This document shows, piece after piece, positions 51,148 to 63,214 of a stretch of DNA of 64,000 bases (the stretch's first letter is position 1; each line of letters opens with the position of its first letter). The position numbers were made by a program, and so were the translations under genes. Below the pieces are notes generated by a model, which searched no databases, had not been told where the DNA came from, and worked only from the letters and a program-made list of their open reading frames with translations. This stretch comes from Psammoneis japonica (taxonomy: Eukaryota). The stretch spans positions 124,001 to 188,000 of the forward strand of contig QPGO01000104.1 in assembly GCA_008632985.1 (NCBI GenBank), given 5' to 3'.

Positions 51148-51960
51148 ATGCCACGCAACAACGACAATCCTTATACATTATTCGAACAAACCTTTAAGGA
51201 AAATCAAGAGCGCCAATTGGAATTGAAACAATTGGAAGAATCGGTGCGTGACGCTCAAGAATTGCTGCAGCAACAAGAGGAGCAACGTCGTCAGACACGT
51301 GCGTCTTTACTACGACAAGAACGGAGTCGTTGTGGACTCGAATTGGAATTGTATAATGTACAAGATCAATACAAGTCGAGTCAAGCTGAATTGGAAACGC
51401 TGTTACGTGAAGTGGAATCGAAAAAGACCTTGTTGCAACGTCGTCAAGCCGAGGTGGAACACGTTCATACAACCGTGTATGCTCCGCACTTGACGACGAT
51501 TGCAGTGTATCAACAACAAGCTCAAGCCAAACTTGATGTAGTGGAGGAAACGAAACGAGTGCGTCTTGAAAAGTTACAAGAGCTACAACAGTCGGCACGA
51601 ACCAATCACGAGCAGACGCTCTATCTCAAGCAAAAAGTGACGGAAACGCGAGACGATATTCAAAAGCTGTTGCGAGAGGAACAAGAACGGGATGAATTGT
51701 CGGAACAACTTGATAAGGAAATCAAAGCTGCAATCGCAAAGGTATATATAGTATTACTATTAATTGTTTTGTGCTTTTGTTGTTGTATTCCTGCTGACAC
51801 ACTTATGTATTTCATTCATTCTATTTCACAGCGCACCTTGAGGCGACACGCTCTCCAAGACGCCAAGGACTCCCTTCAACAAGCCGAGGAGGAAGCGCTC
51901 AAGTGGGAACAAGAATGTGTCGACTTGGCGGCGGCAGGGTCGAGCCGTGGTAATCATTAG
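51148..51960 (+). CDS. Coiled-coil hypothetical protein
   Basis: Q/E/L-rich heptad-like ORF; likely in-frame intron ~51742-51831. Confidence 0.7.
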   Translation: MPRNNDNPYTLFEQTFKENQERQLELKQLEESVRDAQELLQQQEEQRRQTRASLLRQERSRCGLELELYNVQDQYKSSQAELETLLREVESKKTLLQRRQAEVEHVHTTVYAPHLTTIAVYQQQAQAKLDVVEETKRVRLEKLQELQQSARTNHEQTLYLKQKVTETRDDIQKLLREEQERDELSEQLDKEIKAAIAKVYIVLLLIVLCFCCCIPADTLMYFIHSISQRTLRRHALQDAKDSLQQAEEEALKWEQECVDLAAAGSSRGNH

Positions 51961-52993
51961 AATTGGGATTGGTATATATTATTATGGGGATCATTACTTT
52001 GAAAGAGCTGTAGTATTCGAGACGGGGTTGCTTGAACCATGTAACCGGCGTATGATGAGAGAGTTCGTTCAGGAGAAGTGGTCTCTTTGCGTGTTTTTAC
52101 AAAAACGAAAGCTTGTTGGATTGAATCTGATTTTGCTTCTGGTCGATTCGCTCGGTTGGGTTGAATCCATCTTGGTATATGGATTGCTGTGTCTATGGAT
52201 CCATGGGTTGAGCAAGAGATTGAATCTCTGTGCTTATGTCTCGATATACCTTATGGCTTATGGAATGAGATGATTGGTTCTACTTTACGTGGCTTGTCTG
52301 TATCAAAAGGCTGGCTATGTTTACGTCTAGGCAATCATCTCCCAACTTCTACTCATATATTGGAACCGATTTGACTGTGTCATTGTCAATTGACCAATTT
52401 GAAAGAGTTGACGCACGTAATAGCTTTACTATAAGATATCTGGTACTACTGTAAAGCACTCTTACAATGTCATTTATAGGCTTTAATTACTGCAGCTTGT
52501 TTTAGTCCTTTGTTGCCTCTTTTGCTGGTCACGGGTTTTTGTTCGAGACAAACATGCAGGATGAGGCAAGAACGGATATCTGTATTTGTTGTCCTTAAAC
52601 TACCACTTACCGGTATAACATTGATTATCCGCAATGCGTTCTGTCAAGTTGCTCGCCCGGCGGTTTGCATCCGTGAGGGCTCAAGTCAAAGTTCATACAC
52701 TTATTGCTTGAATCATTGCAATAATGTATTCGCAGTTAGTCGTAGAGCAAGCAAACGAATTTTTCCAATATGATTCGACATGGATCCAACGATTGGTTCC
52801 GCTAGTGTAATAACAAAAGGTCCCTGCGACTTACTTTGGTGGGTCCATACACGACATACGTACCGATTTGATGGTGGCTTCCTTCTTCAACGACCGGATG
52901 GAATCATGACGAGTATGAGATGAGCTTTGTGCTATTGAGTACTATTGTATCATCAACTCTATCAACTCACTTGTAAGCCTTGCATTGTTTTCT

Positions 52994-53431
52994 TTATCCT
53001 TTTGCTGCTTTTTCTTGTTCGGCACGACGTTTCGATTGATTCAATAGTTCCTCTTGTTGCTTGATCATTTCGTCCGTCACTTTGAACTTTTTCTGTTTCT
53101 TCTTCTTGGGTGCAGCTGCTGCTCTTGTAGACTTGATTTGGTCTACAGCACAATCCTGTAATCCGATTCGTTCCAGACATTCTTGTACATGGTGTGGTTG
53201 TACCAGTGCCGATAGTTTTTCTTCTTCTCGACATGCCAATTCCGAAGCCAACAGCGATAGAAATTGTCCATGAGCCACGCGCAAGGCCTCCATGCCTCCG
53301 TCTGAAATTAGAGTATGAGTATTTTTTGGATCCATAATGGATTGTATACAGGAGCAAAAGGCTTGACTTGACAAGGCACAGCCGTCATTGTCGGCTTGTT
53401 GTGCTGAGCTTCGGCGGCGTTTGGGTGGCAT
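52994..53431 (-). CDS. Small histone-fold-like protein resembling NC2-beta/Dr1
   Basis: VQPHHVQECLERIG and KKKK..EMIKQQEELLNQSK resemble the Dr1 helix 3 and C-terminal helix. Confidence 0.5.
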   Translation of the reverse strand: MPPKRRRSSAQQADNDGCALSSQAFCSCIQSIMDPKNTHTLISDGGMEALRVAHGQFLSLLASELACREEEKLSALVQPHHVQECLERIGLQDCAVDQIKSTRAAAAPKKKKQKKFKVTDEMIKQQEELLNQSKRRAEQEKAAKG

Positions 53432-53906
53432 GCTTAAGAAACAGCTTCGATTTTCGTTTCAACTTGTCGAGCTCTGTGTGCCGTGATTACAAAGTATAAT
53501 GAGAATACCGAGTCAATAAGTCCTCTTATGATCAAGAACGTGCACGGAACAAGAGCGCTTAGTAAGACCGGTATGTGTTTGACATGAACATCAGCAAGAG
53601 TGACAACAGCATCAGCCATCAGAAAAAAAAAAAATGAGCGAATCTCGGTTCGGGACTGAATCTCATGATTGAATCATCTGCCTACATGAAGTTTGTACCA
53701 GGAAATGCGTACCTTTGACGGGTGACGTGGATCACACATACGTAGAAGCTACGTGGATTAGTACCAGAGGTGGCGGCAGTTTTCTCACTAGTTTTGTTTC
53801 ACGAGAGCAACATCATCGACATGGATGCTTCTGCTTTCTGTTCTCTCAAAACGAAGCAGCTGGCAACAAAAAAAAGACAATTCTCTTGGTAAACCAACAC
53901 GATAAT

Positions 53907-55031
53907 ATGATTGCCACTATGAAACGATTGACAATCACAACAACTCTGTTGGTGGTTTTGAGTTTGTCGAGCTCCAGTTTCTGTTTTACTCCTGGTCCCA
54001 CGAGATTCGGTTACAAACGAACCCAGATTCATCCTTTCACTCAATGGAGATTCCGTACAACTACTCCACCACAAACACGATCTTTGGCTCGGTTTATGAA
54101 TTTCGGTCTCGTACCTCCACCGGAAAAGACACAAGAGAAAACAGCAACAACGTCTTCTAGGAAAACTAGTTTAGCCATTGAAACTGCACAAGAACAAGAC
54201 GACGAAACACCGCTATGGAATTTTCTATCCTCAAGTAGCAGTAATGTTGGCAACACTGTACAAGACATGGAACGATTTGTGGGAAAAGAAAGCGATGGTG
54301 GAGAACGCAACATTTTTCCACTCGGCATTGCTGCACTTCTTGCGTCGGGTGTGGCCCTTGCCAATGGATTGCATTTGCATGTGCCCAGCATTTTGGATTC
54401 CGCCCAAGCCGTCTTGGCCAATCCCACGGATGCCTTGGAACGTGTCGTGGAATCGATTCAGTCCATGGGAATGTGGGATTGCTCTACTTTGGTGTGGCGT
54501 ATACCGTGGCGGAGATTCTTGCCATTCCAGCCATTCCCCTGACGGCATCGGCGGGATATCTCTTTGGCGTCAAAGAGGGAACCGCCGTGGTGTTGCTGTG
54601 TGCGTCCGTGGCGGCTGCCATTTCCTTTGGTATCGGACGGACCTTGTTGAGGGGTATGTCGAAGGCATTTTGGAAGATTATCCTCAAATGAGAAAAATCG
54701 ATAAAGCCATTGGAAAGGAGGGATTTAAACTCATGCTGCTCTTGAGACTGTCACCCATTTTTCCCTTTGCTCTATCCAATTACCTTTACGGTGCCACGTC
54801 GGTACGTTTTGGCCCTACTTTTTTGGGACAATGCTGGGCTTTACACCGGGAACCATTGCCTATGTGTACACGGGCGAAGTGGGCAAGGCCCTAACGCTGG
54901 GTGGTGATGAGATACAACCGTGGTATGTCTATGCCGGTGCGTTTGCGCTGCTGGGAGCCTTTCTCAAGGTGGGAGCCGATGTGGCGTCAAACATTATTTC
55001 AGAATTAGAGGACGAGGAGCCATCACCGTAG
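53907..55031 (+). CDS. TVP38/TMEM64 (DedA/VTT-domain) membrane protein with targeting presequence
   Basis: AIPLTASAGYLFG, LLLRLSPIFPFALSNYLYG and PGTIAYVYTG motifs across frameshifted ORFs. Confidence 0.85.
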
Positions 55032-55434
55032 CATATAGTGTGTGGTTCATGATGTAATACATTCAATAACATATATACTACAGGAAAATCGTTGTCACGT
55101 TGCTCTTTGAATAGGCAAACCGTACCATCTCATGAAGGCGTCACTCTCCTAGCCTATGACTGAACCTATTCATCAAACCTTCTGGGATATTCATGTAAGA
55201 TGCAGATGTGCAAAAATGTATTATTAGTAACTTCGTCTCTTCCATCTATCCGTTTACCCAGCGACACTAGGGCCAATAATCTTGATGTCGTTCAGGTCGA
55301 TGCCGCAAAATTGCATTCAATAACATATACAACAGGAAATCGCGTCACGTTGCTCTTTAAGCGAAAACAAACCGTACCATGTCTTCGAAGGCATCCCTCT
55401 CCGAGCCTACTCTAGTATGACTGAACCTATCCTT

Positions 55435-56654
55435 CTACCCAGCGCCTCGGGCCATAATCTTGATGTAGTTCAGGTCGATGCCACCCGTGTCAAAGACAAC
55501 GCGCAACACGTGCTTGCATTCGTCATTCTCGTCACACCCAGTAACAAAGTAATATCCATCTACCTCATACCGAGTAATGACATTTAACTTCAACTTTTTC
55601 TTGACGACACGCGTCCTCCAATTTTCCCAACCTTGGCCGGGACCGTAGATGGGTCCACTAATGTCTTTTCCGTTTATCTCGACGTGAAAGTACTTGTTCT
55701 TTTTTTTGCTAGCAACTCGTGCCTCGATATCAAACCTAATGAAGCCATTTCTGCTGTAACCATTCATTGAGAGGTTGTACTCAAGCCAATCTCCTTTCTG
55801 AGTTCTTTTCACGTAGCAATAACCATCCTCATCTCGGACGGGCGCAAGATCAACCCCATCTCCACGATCACAAAAAGTTCGAGTGCTAGGTTTTGGTGAA
55901 TGCTTGTGTGCGTTGCTGTATTGTTGTGCTTCAAGTATAGTCTCTCTCTTGAAGCGGTTAGGCAACTCTGTTTCATCGATTTCAAGGGCAAGGGAGCACA
56001 GATTAATCGTGCCCTCGAGAAGCTGAATTTTGAATCCTTGCCATGAACGATTAACACTAACTTGGCCACCACCAAGCGCATCTTTGAACACCTCTAACCC
56101 CTGGCCATCACCCCATTGTGAGGAAACGAATTCTTCTTTCATCTTATTTTGGAATGCATAGTCCGACTCCGATGCAAACCGGGTCGTATACTTCACTATT
56201 GCTGGGCTTGCATGGTAGAAATTATACAGAACCCAGTCGCCAGGATGCTCCAACGTCAAGTTACACCCAGAAGAGCAAGTCGTGCCCTTGTAGTTGGTTG
56301 CAGCAACAATGGGCCCGTCGCCGCAACTGCCCAACCCATTCGTGGCAAAGTTAGACTTTGTAAAATCACGCGCGTTAAAGGTCACTGGCAAATGAGGGAA
56401 ACTGTTGGTTTTGGGGAGTATCTTGGTCACCTTTTCCATTGTTTCAAGAACATCCTCTGCACCTGCAGAATGAAAAGCATGTCACTCGTGAGAAGGGCCA
56501 ATACATTGTGTTAACTGAGTAGGTTTGAAGAGAAAGGAGCAACGGCTTTAAACGGTGGGAAAGCTGCTTTGCGACTAAAATCTACAATAGTTGACTAACC
56601 TTGAACCCACGCAGAAAAAGATACGGAGGCTACAATGAAGCTTGTCAAGCGCAT
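55435..56654 (-). CDS. Secreted protein with CBM6-like carbohydrate-binding domains
   Basis: DGVDL..GDWLEY..RVAS..GWENW..HVLRVVFDTGGIDLNYI pattern; signal-peptide exon MRLTSFIVASVSFSAWVQG; intron ~56463-56599. Confidence 0.7.
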
Positions 56655-56759
56655 TAGATCAACTGTTGTTTGGTTGCAATGTTCTTTGAGTTGTGATGTG
56701 ATAATAACGACCACTGACACGCGGTTCGCAAAGTGGTCTTTGATTTGTGATGTACCGCG

Positions 56760-59700
56760 ACCGCACGCTGACACACGGTTCGCAAAAGACGTCGCACGGA
56801 GTTCGCAAAACTCGAATCGATCAAACCAGCTCCGACAAGTCATTTCTGACAAACTCGGAAGAACAAGGTCGGTTTGCAAAGTCAAATTTGCACAAAATCA
56901 AACTTGATTGATGACAGCAAAAAATGAAATTGATGAACATGGCCAACCTCTGCTGAATCAGAAAGTCGCCAACTTGGCAGAGGTTTTGGGCAGCCACACC
57001 CCCATGAGCTGCAACCCACACATGGTCTCCTTCTTCAGCCGGACCAGTTGGAGGCAATTCTTGTCCTACTGTGACCCTGTGCTATGACACCAATGCATCA
57101 ACTTGGGTGTTTTGCCATCAAGAACCTCTGGAGTCTTTCAAGAGACCTTTGGCAAGGTCTTCTTTCGAGCAGCTCTGCGAGCCTGAGCTCCTCTCTTCCA
57201 AGGCTGTCTCAGCAAGCAGCAATGCTGTCTCTCAAACCGTCTGTGGTGTGCAATCAAACCCACTCAAGTGGAGGCAATGGGTGCCAACTGGAAGCGAGGG
57301 CTTGGTGCTGCAAGGGCTGATCTCGGTGCAGCACACACTTGCCCGCTGTGTGCTGAGACCCCCGCAAAAGCGCACACACCGCGCAAGGCTGCACAACTTG
57401 AGCTCATTCCACAGATTGGTTGTGTTGACACAACTGCATGTTGTCCCATGGTCAGAGTGTCCTGGCACAGAAAAGCACTCACACATGAAGCTGTGGAAAC
57501 CGATGCCAGTGCTCAAAGGCAGCTGAAAAGAGAGTCATCTTTCCCATGTGTCAGAGGGTGAGCAAAACATTTTGTGTTGATCAATTGTCCACAGATGACC
57601 ACATCTTGGCTGGAGCAAAGCAGATGTTTTGCAACATGCTTGCAGGCACCTTGGTCATGAAACTTGAGCAAGCAACCCACCATGTGATCCTTCTTGCAGC
57701 CACCAGCAGCAGTGCAAGTGCCAAAGGTGCACTCATCAATTGGGCTGGACTGGAGTTGCAGATGGCAGTGAGCACGCACTGCAACACACCCAGCTTTGTT
57801 TGCCATGGGAGTTCCAAGGCATCCACAGCCACAGGGAATGAATGACAGCTTGGCCAAGTGCCGGGTTGACCTTGAGGGGACAAGGATTTGATGGTGTGAA
57901 GGCTTGACGGTGGCTGTGCAGGAGAGCAAAGTCACTGGCACAGGAGACACAGGCCTCAGATCATCAAACTGAGCACAGTGCTTGTTGGTTTCAAAATGGG
58001 TGTTGTTCATCTCAAAAGCTCAAAAGCTTGATGTTCCTCATTGAAAGCAGCAGTGGGAGACACCCAAGATTCATTGTTTTGAGATCTAAAAGGAGTTGAC
58101 AGCAGCAAAGCCCAAGCCTTTGCATTCATTGAAATGTTTGAAGTCAAAAGGTTCCAAGGGGGGTGCTCAACAATTTCCTCTGCCCTCCCCTGATCTGCGA
58201 TGCAAATCAACAGATCATCATCAGGTGGAGCGGTGATGTCAGGTGTTGTCAAGGAGGAGATTGGTTGGGTGGTTTCAACAACGGCATCTGGAGAAAGAGG
58301 TTTGGAAGTGGAGGGTGACAGAATGGTGGGTGCCTCTTTCACAGCCACCACCTTGCCATCATTGGTGTCATCTCAGAGAGGAGAAAATGGGCTGCATCAA
58401 AGATCCAAAGCCAGCTGTGATGGCCTGACTGAAAATCCAAAGGTGGAGAATCAGCAGGTGGGGGAGAGCTTGACCATTTTGTCCAGCAGGCAAGTTTCCC
58501 TGGGTGCCAGCAAAGGCAGCTGCATGCTGAGCAGCCTCTTGCTTCAAGAGCTGGCAGAAGCAAATGTGAAATCCCTTGATGTGAGGGTTGTTCCACAGGA
58601 CAGGGCAGCAATCTTCAAAAAGATGATCACCTGCACTTGCACAAACATGGGCACTTGGCAGCCTTGTTGGGTGCAACCTTGACATCTTGAAAACAGATGC
58701 CAAGCATGTGTGATGCAGGAGCCAGTCATTGTCCATTGCAGGCACGTTGAGGGAGTGCAGCTCATCACAAAGGGCATCAAGGGATTCATTGTGCAGAGCC
58801 AAAAGATTGTCAGTGGACAACACATCCCCTGGTGTGTCAGCTGGCAGGGTTTCAAAGTCCATGGCATTGATGCAATGGGAAGCAGTGTGAGGTGGAGGCG
58901 AGAGTCATTGTGCCATTTGTGTTGTCTGGCTGTGTTGGGCTGTCTGCTTGACACAAGAGCACACTGAGTGTTTCAACAATCTGCTTTTTGGCACACTTGT
59001 TCATGTGAGCCGGCAAGTCTCATTCATGTTTTGGCAGCTTTTGATGAGAACTTTGAGTGCTTGGCATTCTTGACAAGAACAGTCATCTTGTGAGGGCCAT
59101 CTGGGGAGGTGTCCACATCAAATGTGAAGGCATGAAGCTGCAAAAAAATCCTTGGTTGGCACAAACAATTGTTGGTTGGTTGGTTGTTTTGCTTGGGGCA
59201 TGCGTCAACCAATCCTGCTGCCACTTCACAAAATGCTGGGTGTGCTTCAAAAAGAGTCTGTTTCAAGTTGTGACTGTTGCCACAGCATGAGGCAACAACA
59301 TGGCACAAGTTGCTGTTCTTGGGGAGCATGTCCAAGTGCAAGAGAAGCTTGTGCAGGGTGTGCCAAGCTTCAAGGCAATGAACATGCATCCGTTGCAGGA
59401 GATCACCATCAGGGCTGTTTCCAATGGCAAAACCTCTGTCATGCCATGGTTTTGTTTGAAGCACCACAAAGGGTGTGTGCGCAGCATCCACAATCAGTGG
59501 CGTGATGAGGGTCACAGCAGGTGTCTTGCCAGAGCCTGCAGCTCCCAGTGAAGGAGCATTTGACAGAGCACAGTTGTTGTTCAGTGCTTCAATCAAATCC
59601 TTGAGGTCTGCAGAGCCTGAAATTGTGGGTGGCACCGGTGTGGCCTTGGGAGGACAGGGCCTGTTCCAGCCCAAAAATCGAAAGGTGAGTGCACACAAAA

Positions 59701-61130
59701 AAACAGTCTGCAATGGTCATTTTCTTCAATGTCTTGTGTGTGCTGCAACATGAACACTTGAAATTTGCATGCTGCACGAGGCATGAACAAGCCACATTTT
59801 TTCTTTAGACATGATTGGGTTTGTTGCTGTGAGCATTGTTGATTTGCATCAGCTTCATTGACAAAGAAAACATTTGAAAATTTGAAAATGCGGTCTTGGC
59901 CTCACAAGATTTTTTTCTCACCATCAGCCACAAGAGAGATGTGATTGAGTTGCACTGTGTGCAATGCTTTGGATGTGGCAACCCAACACCATGTTGCAGC
60001 ACTGTCACTCTTGCTGTCTGCTTTTTTTAAATCACAATGATGTCACAGTCATCAAAAAAATGATGCCAGAGTGGGGCAGAGTTTGGAAGCTGATTGTGAC
60101 CATGTTGCTCATCACTGTCATCTTGGCCAATGTGTGTGCCATCATCGCCAAGCAAAACAATGGCAAACACATCAACACTGCCCCATTGGAAAAGAATGTG
60201 CTGAGCCTCAAGACCTTGCCCAAAATCATGGAGCTCTAGTTTGAACTTGCCCGGATCCATCTGGACCTTGTGGAATCAGACAGCTGGGACCTTGACCATG
60301 CCAAGACCCTGGAAGAACATTGCCAACTGAGAGTCAATCTGCTGTGTGACTTTGTTGACAATGCAGTCAACACAGTGGGGATGAAACCTGTGTTTTCAAT
60401 GCTGTGGCACCACAGCAAGCTTCTGAACGTGCACAGCACAATTGCACACTTTGAAAGGAACCTCATTGCCAAGTTTTTTGCTCAGCTCTGCCACAACAAG
60501 AACCATCAGCCCCACTTTGTTGCGAAGCACGCACCCAACAACTGCAAGAGCTGTTTGATTTCCCATCAGATGGGCCACTCTGCTTTGGCTGTCCATGGTG
60601 GATGTTTCATTGGGTGGGTGCAATCACCACCAAGAAGATGCTCAAGGACAGCCACCTCCAGATTGACACATGCACAGACACAAAAAATGAATGGAGGCAA
60701 ACAGGAGGATTGGAAACACCTCAACAGCCTGAAGGAGGCACCAATGGCTGTCATCAAGTGGATGTGTGACAAACCCTGCATGGAGCTCATGACAAACCAC
60801 AATCTTCATGGATTCATCTGGCAAGCCATCATGGCCCAAACCATGCCTCACATGGACACCTGCCCTGCCAACTTTGCCTGGAGCATGGGCTCTGGTGAGA
60901 GTGTTGCAGCACCTCTCCGTGTTTCACCCATCATCACTTGTGATCCCTGGGGTTCCTCGCACCAAGAGGATGATTGTTGGCTGTGTCACCATGGTGCAAA
61001 TGTTTTGTCTGCAGATTGGCACACCGTCATCAAGACATTTCAAACGTCACGTTCGATTGGACCCATCTTTGCCGAGCTTTCTACGAGCGAGCGAAAACAC
61101 TTGAATTGATCAGATGCGTGGACGACCGCT
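56760..61130. mobile_element. TpA/CpG-depleted domain 5, probable decayed mobile element (family not recognised)
   Basis: About 4.4 kb nearly devoid of TA; Tyr-free fragmentary ORFs; repeated ctgacac(g/a)cggttcgcaaa at the left edge. Confidence 0.5.
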
Positions 61131-62275
61131 GAACCACACTACTTGGTGAATAGCTCACGAGATTTGTCTAATAAATTATTCTAAAACTAAGGATCAAGCA
61201 AGCTTGCAACCTAGCCATGATGGTATAGAGCGTCATCATCCTTGGCTCACCGCGTATGGGTGTGCAAAAACACCCCGATTACGTCCAAGTGATGCGTATA
61301 AATCGAGCATAATATGTGTATCCACATGCACATGCAACGTCATGAAGCTTACTCCCCTTCCGACGTATAATATCCAAACACGCATCGGTCCGACACTGGC
61401 TATCGAATTGAAACTTTGTCTTGACAGATGCCATTCCAGTTCTGGACCGAAAAACATAAAGGCAGAATCCTAGTTCTTCCTCTAATCGTACATCGTACCA
61501 CGGTTATATACATGGCAACGGCCACCAGAGGTTCGAACGTTCACAGATGCCGTGCATGTGTCGCAGATACGCCGTTTCTTTTCGTTCCCCTTAGCGTCAC
61601 TCTTGTGTATCCAATGCCGTACGGAGGCGGAGGGTTTTGGACAAGAGTCAAACTACCACCTCTGGGGTCATGAGAACCATCATCAACCGTCGCCCAACAG
61701 TCGCACAGTGGGTGGAAACGGGTTTTTCTATTCACGTCCTTGCAATGCATGACTGGAGTTATTGGACACATGCAAAAATACAACACCTGGTTATGTGCCA
61801 ATGACCTGACAATGGTAGTTGTGGCTGTGAGAATAGAGAAGAGGCGAACTCTTTCATGGTCTTGGTATAAAAATGTTGAGAAAGCGGCGACAAGCTTTGA
61901 CACAAAAGGTCTTTCTGGTTCACTAGCTCTGTTGGTTGACAGCAGCAGTGATAAACAAAAATATGATAATCAATCTACAACTGCTACAAAATGCTGTTTT
62001 GTGTTATATGCCTTGGATTTGATTATGCTGGTAACAAACACATATGCTTTGACGTGAAGCACAAAAAAGGCGAGACCTGTCCAACTTTTCCGGCTGACAA
62101 TAGCACGACAAACATTTGGGTACAGCACTGTAACCTACAACAACGTGGTGCGGCAATACCCGGTTGACAGACAATTTGACACTACTAGAATTATTAATCC
62201 GCTACCAATACGCACAGATTTGACAAGATTCTGCGATGGCGTAAACACACGTTTTTGAGGCCATCGATCCTCTTC

Positions 62276-62646
62276 TTAAGGATAGTAGTGTCCTTCCTCC
62301 TCCTCTTCTTCTTCCTCCTCCTCTTCTTCTTCCTCCTCCTCTTCCTCCTCTTCTCCTCTTCTTCCTCCTCTTCCTCCTCTTCTTCCTCCTCTTCCTCCTC
62401 TTCCTCCTCCGAGGATGATTTGCTTGACTTGCTAGACTTGCTAGACTTGCTTGACTTGCTTGACTTGCTTGACTTACTTGACTTGCTTCCCATTCCTTTG
62501 CCATACAGCTCGCGAGCATTGTAGGTCGATGTTTTCTCCAACTTGCGGGCATGGATCTCGCGGCCGCGGACACGCGACTGAGCGGCAGCAACGTCCACCA
62601 ACGCCATCGTGGCAACAGCAAGGAGGAACAACGGAAGAAGCTTCAT
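62276..62646 (-). CDS. Secreted silaffin-like protein: signal peptide, RXL sites, (SKS)n block, poly-Glu tail
   Basis: MKLLPLFLLAVATMALV..RKL..RELYGKGMG(SKS)x8, then an E-run. A 1-bp indel near 62352 would give a continued E-run ending GHYYP*. Confidence 0.7.
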
Positions 62647-63214
62647 GGTTGAGGGGGGAGAGAACACTGAAAATCACGCTGCAATCTGTTTTGTGAGAGT
62701 TGTGAGTTGTGAGACGATGGCGGATAAAGTGGGCAAGTTTTTGTTTTTTCACAAAAAAAGTTGATAAATTTTGAAACATTTATATGACCTTCAGAACAGT
62801 ATGATTCGCAAAAATTTAAAAATCAATGATGTTATTTCACGCTTCATACCGAATAATAAAAATTTAATTATCAAACCGCATGCCGTATCAAAATTTTAAA
62901 GACAATGTTCGAATATGCACGTGAAGATATTCACATAATGACGCATACTCATTTATTATAAAATGTCAACGAATCACAATCTTAGATGCTGGATGTCGGA
63001 AGTCATGACTTACATAAAGGTGGTCAAATTTTTAAATATATTCAGAAACAAAAAAATGAGTCGTAGACATGACTCACACTGCGAAAGTAAAAATTTGTAA
63101 AGCGCTGCCAGTCGTGGGAAAGCAATTTCTTTCTCGCAACAAAACCGCTTCCATCGTGCCGCTTCTCACTTTTTCTTGTTTAAAAGAATCATCCCCCCAA
63201 CCCTGTTTCGAACC

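Noticed and set aside
13200..55031. Programmed frameshifting or pseudogenisation of SufE-BolA, HisRS, TVP38, the PH protein and others
   Set aside because: Scattered 1-bp indels in otherwise conserved, partly essential genes are more simply long-read assembly errors.
1..61130. Hundreds of short overlapping Cys/His-rich ORFs in the depleted domains as real genes
   Set aside because: Explained by loss of TAA/TAG stops and Tyr codons.
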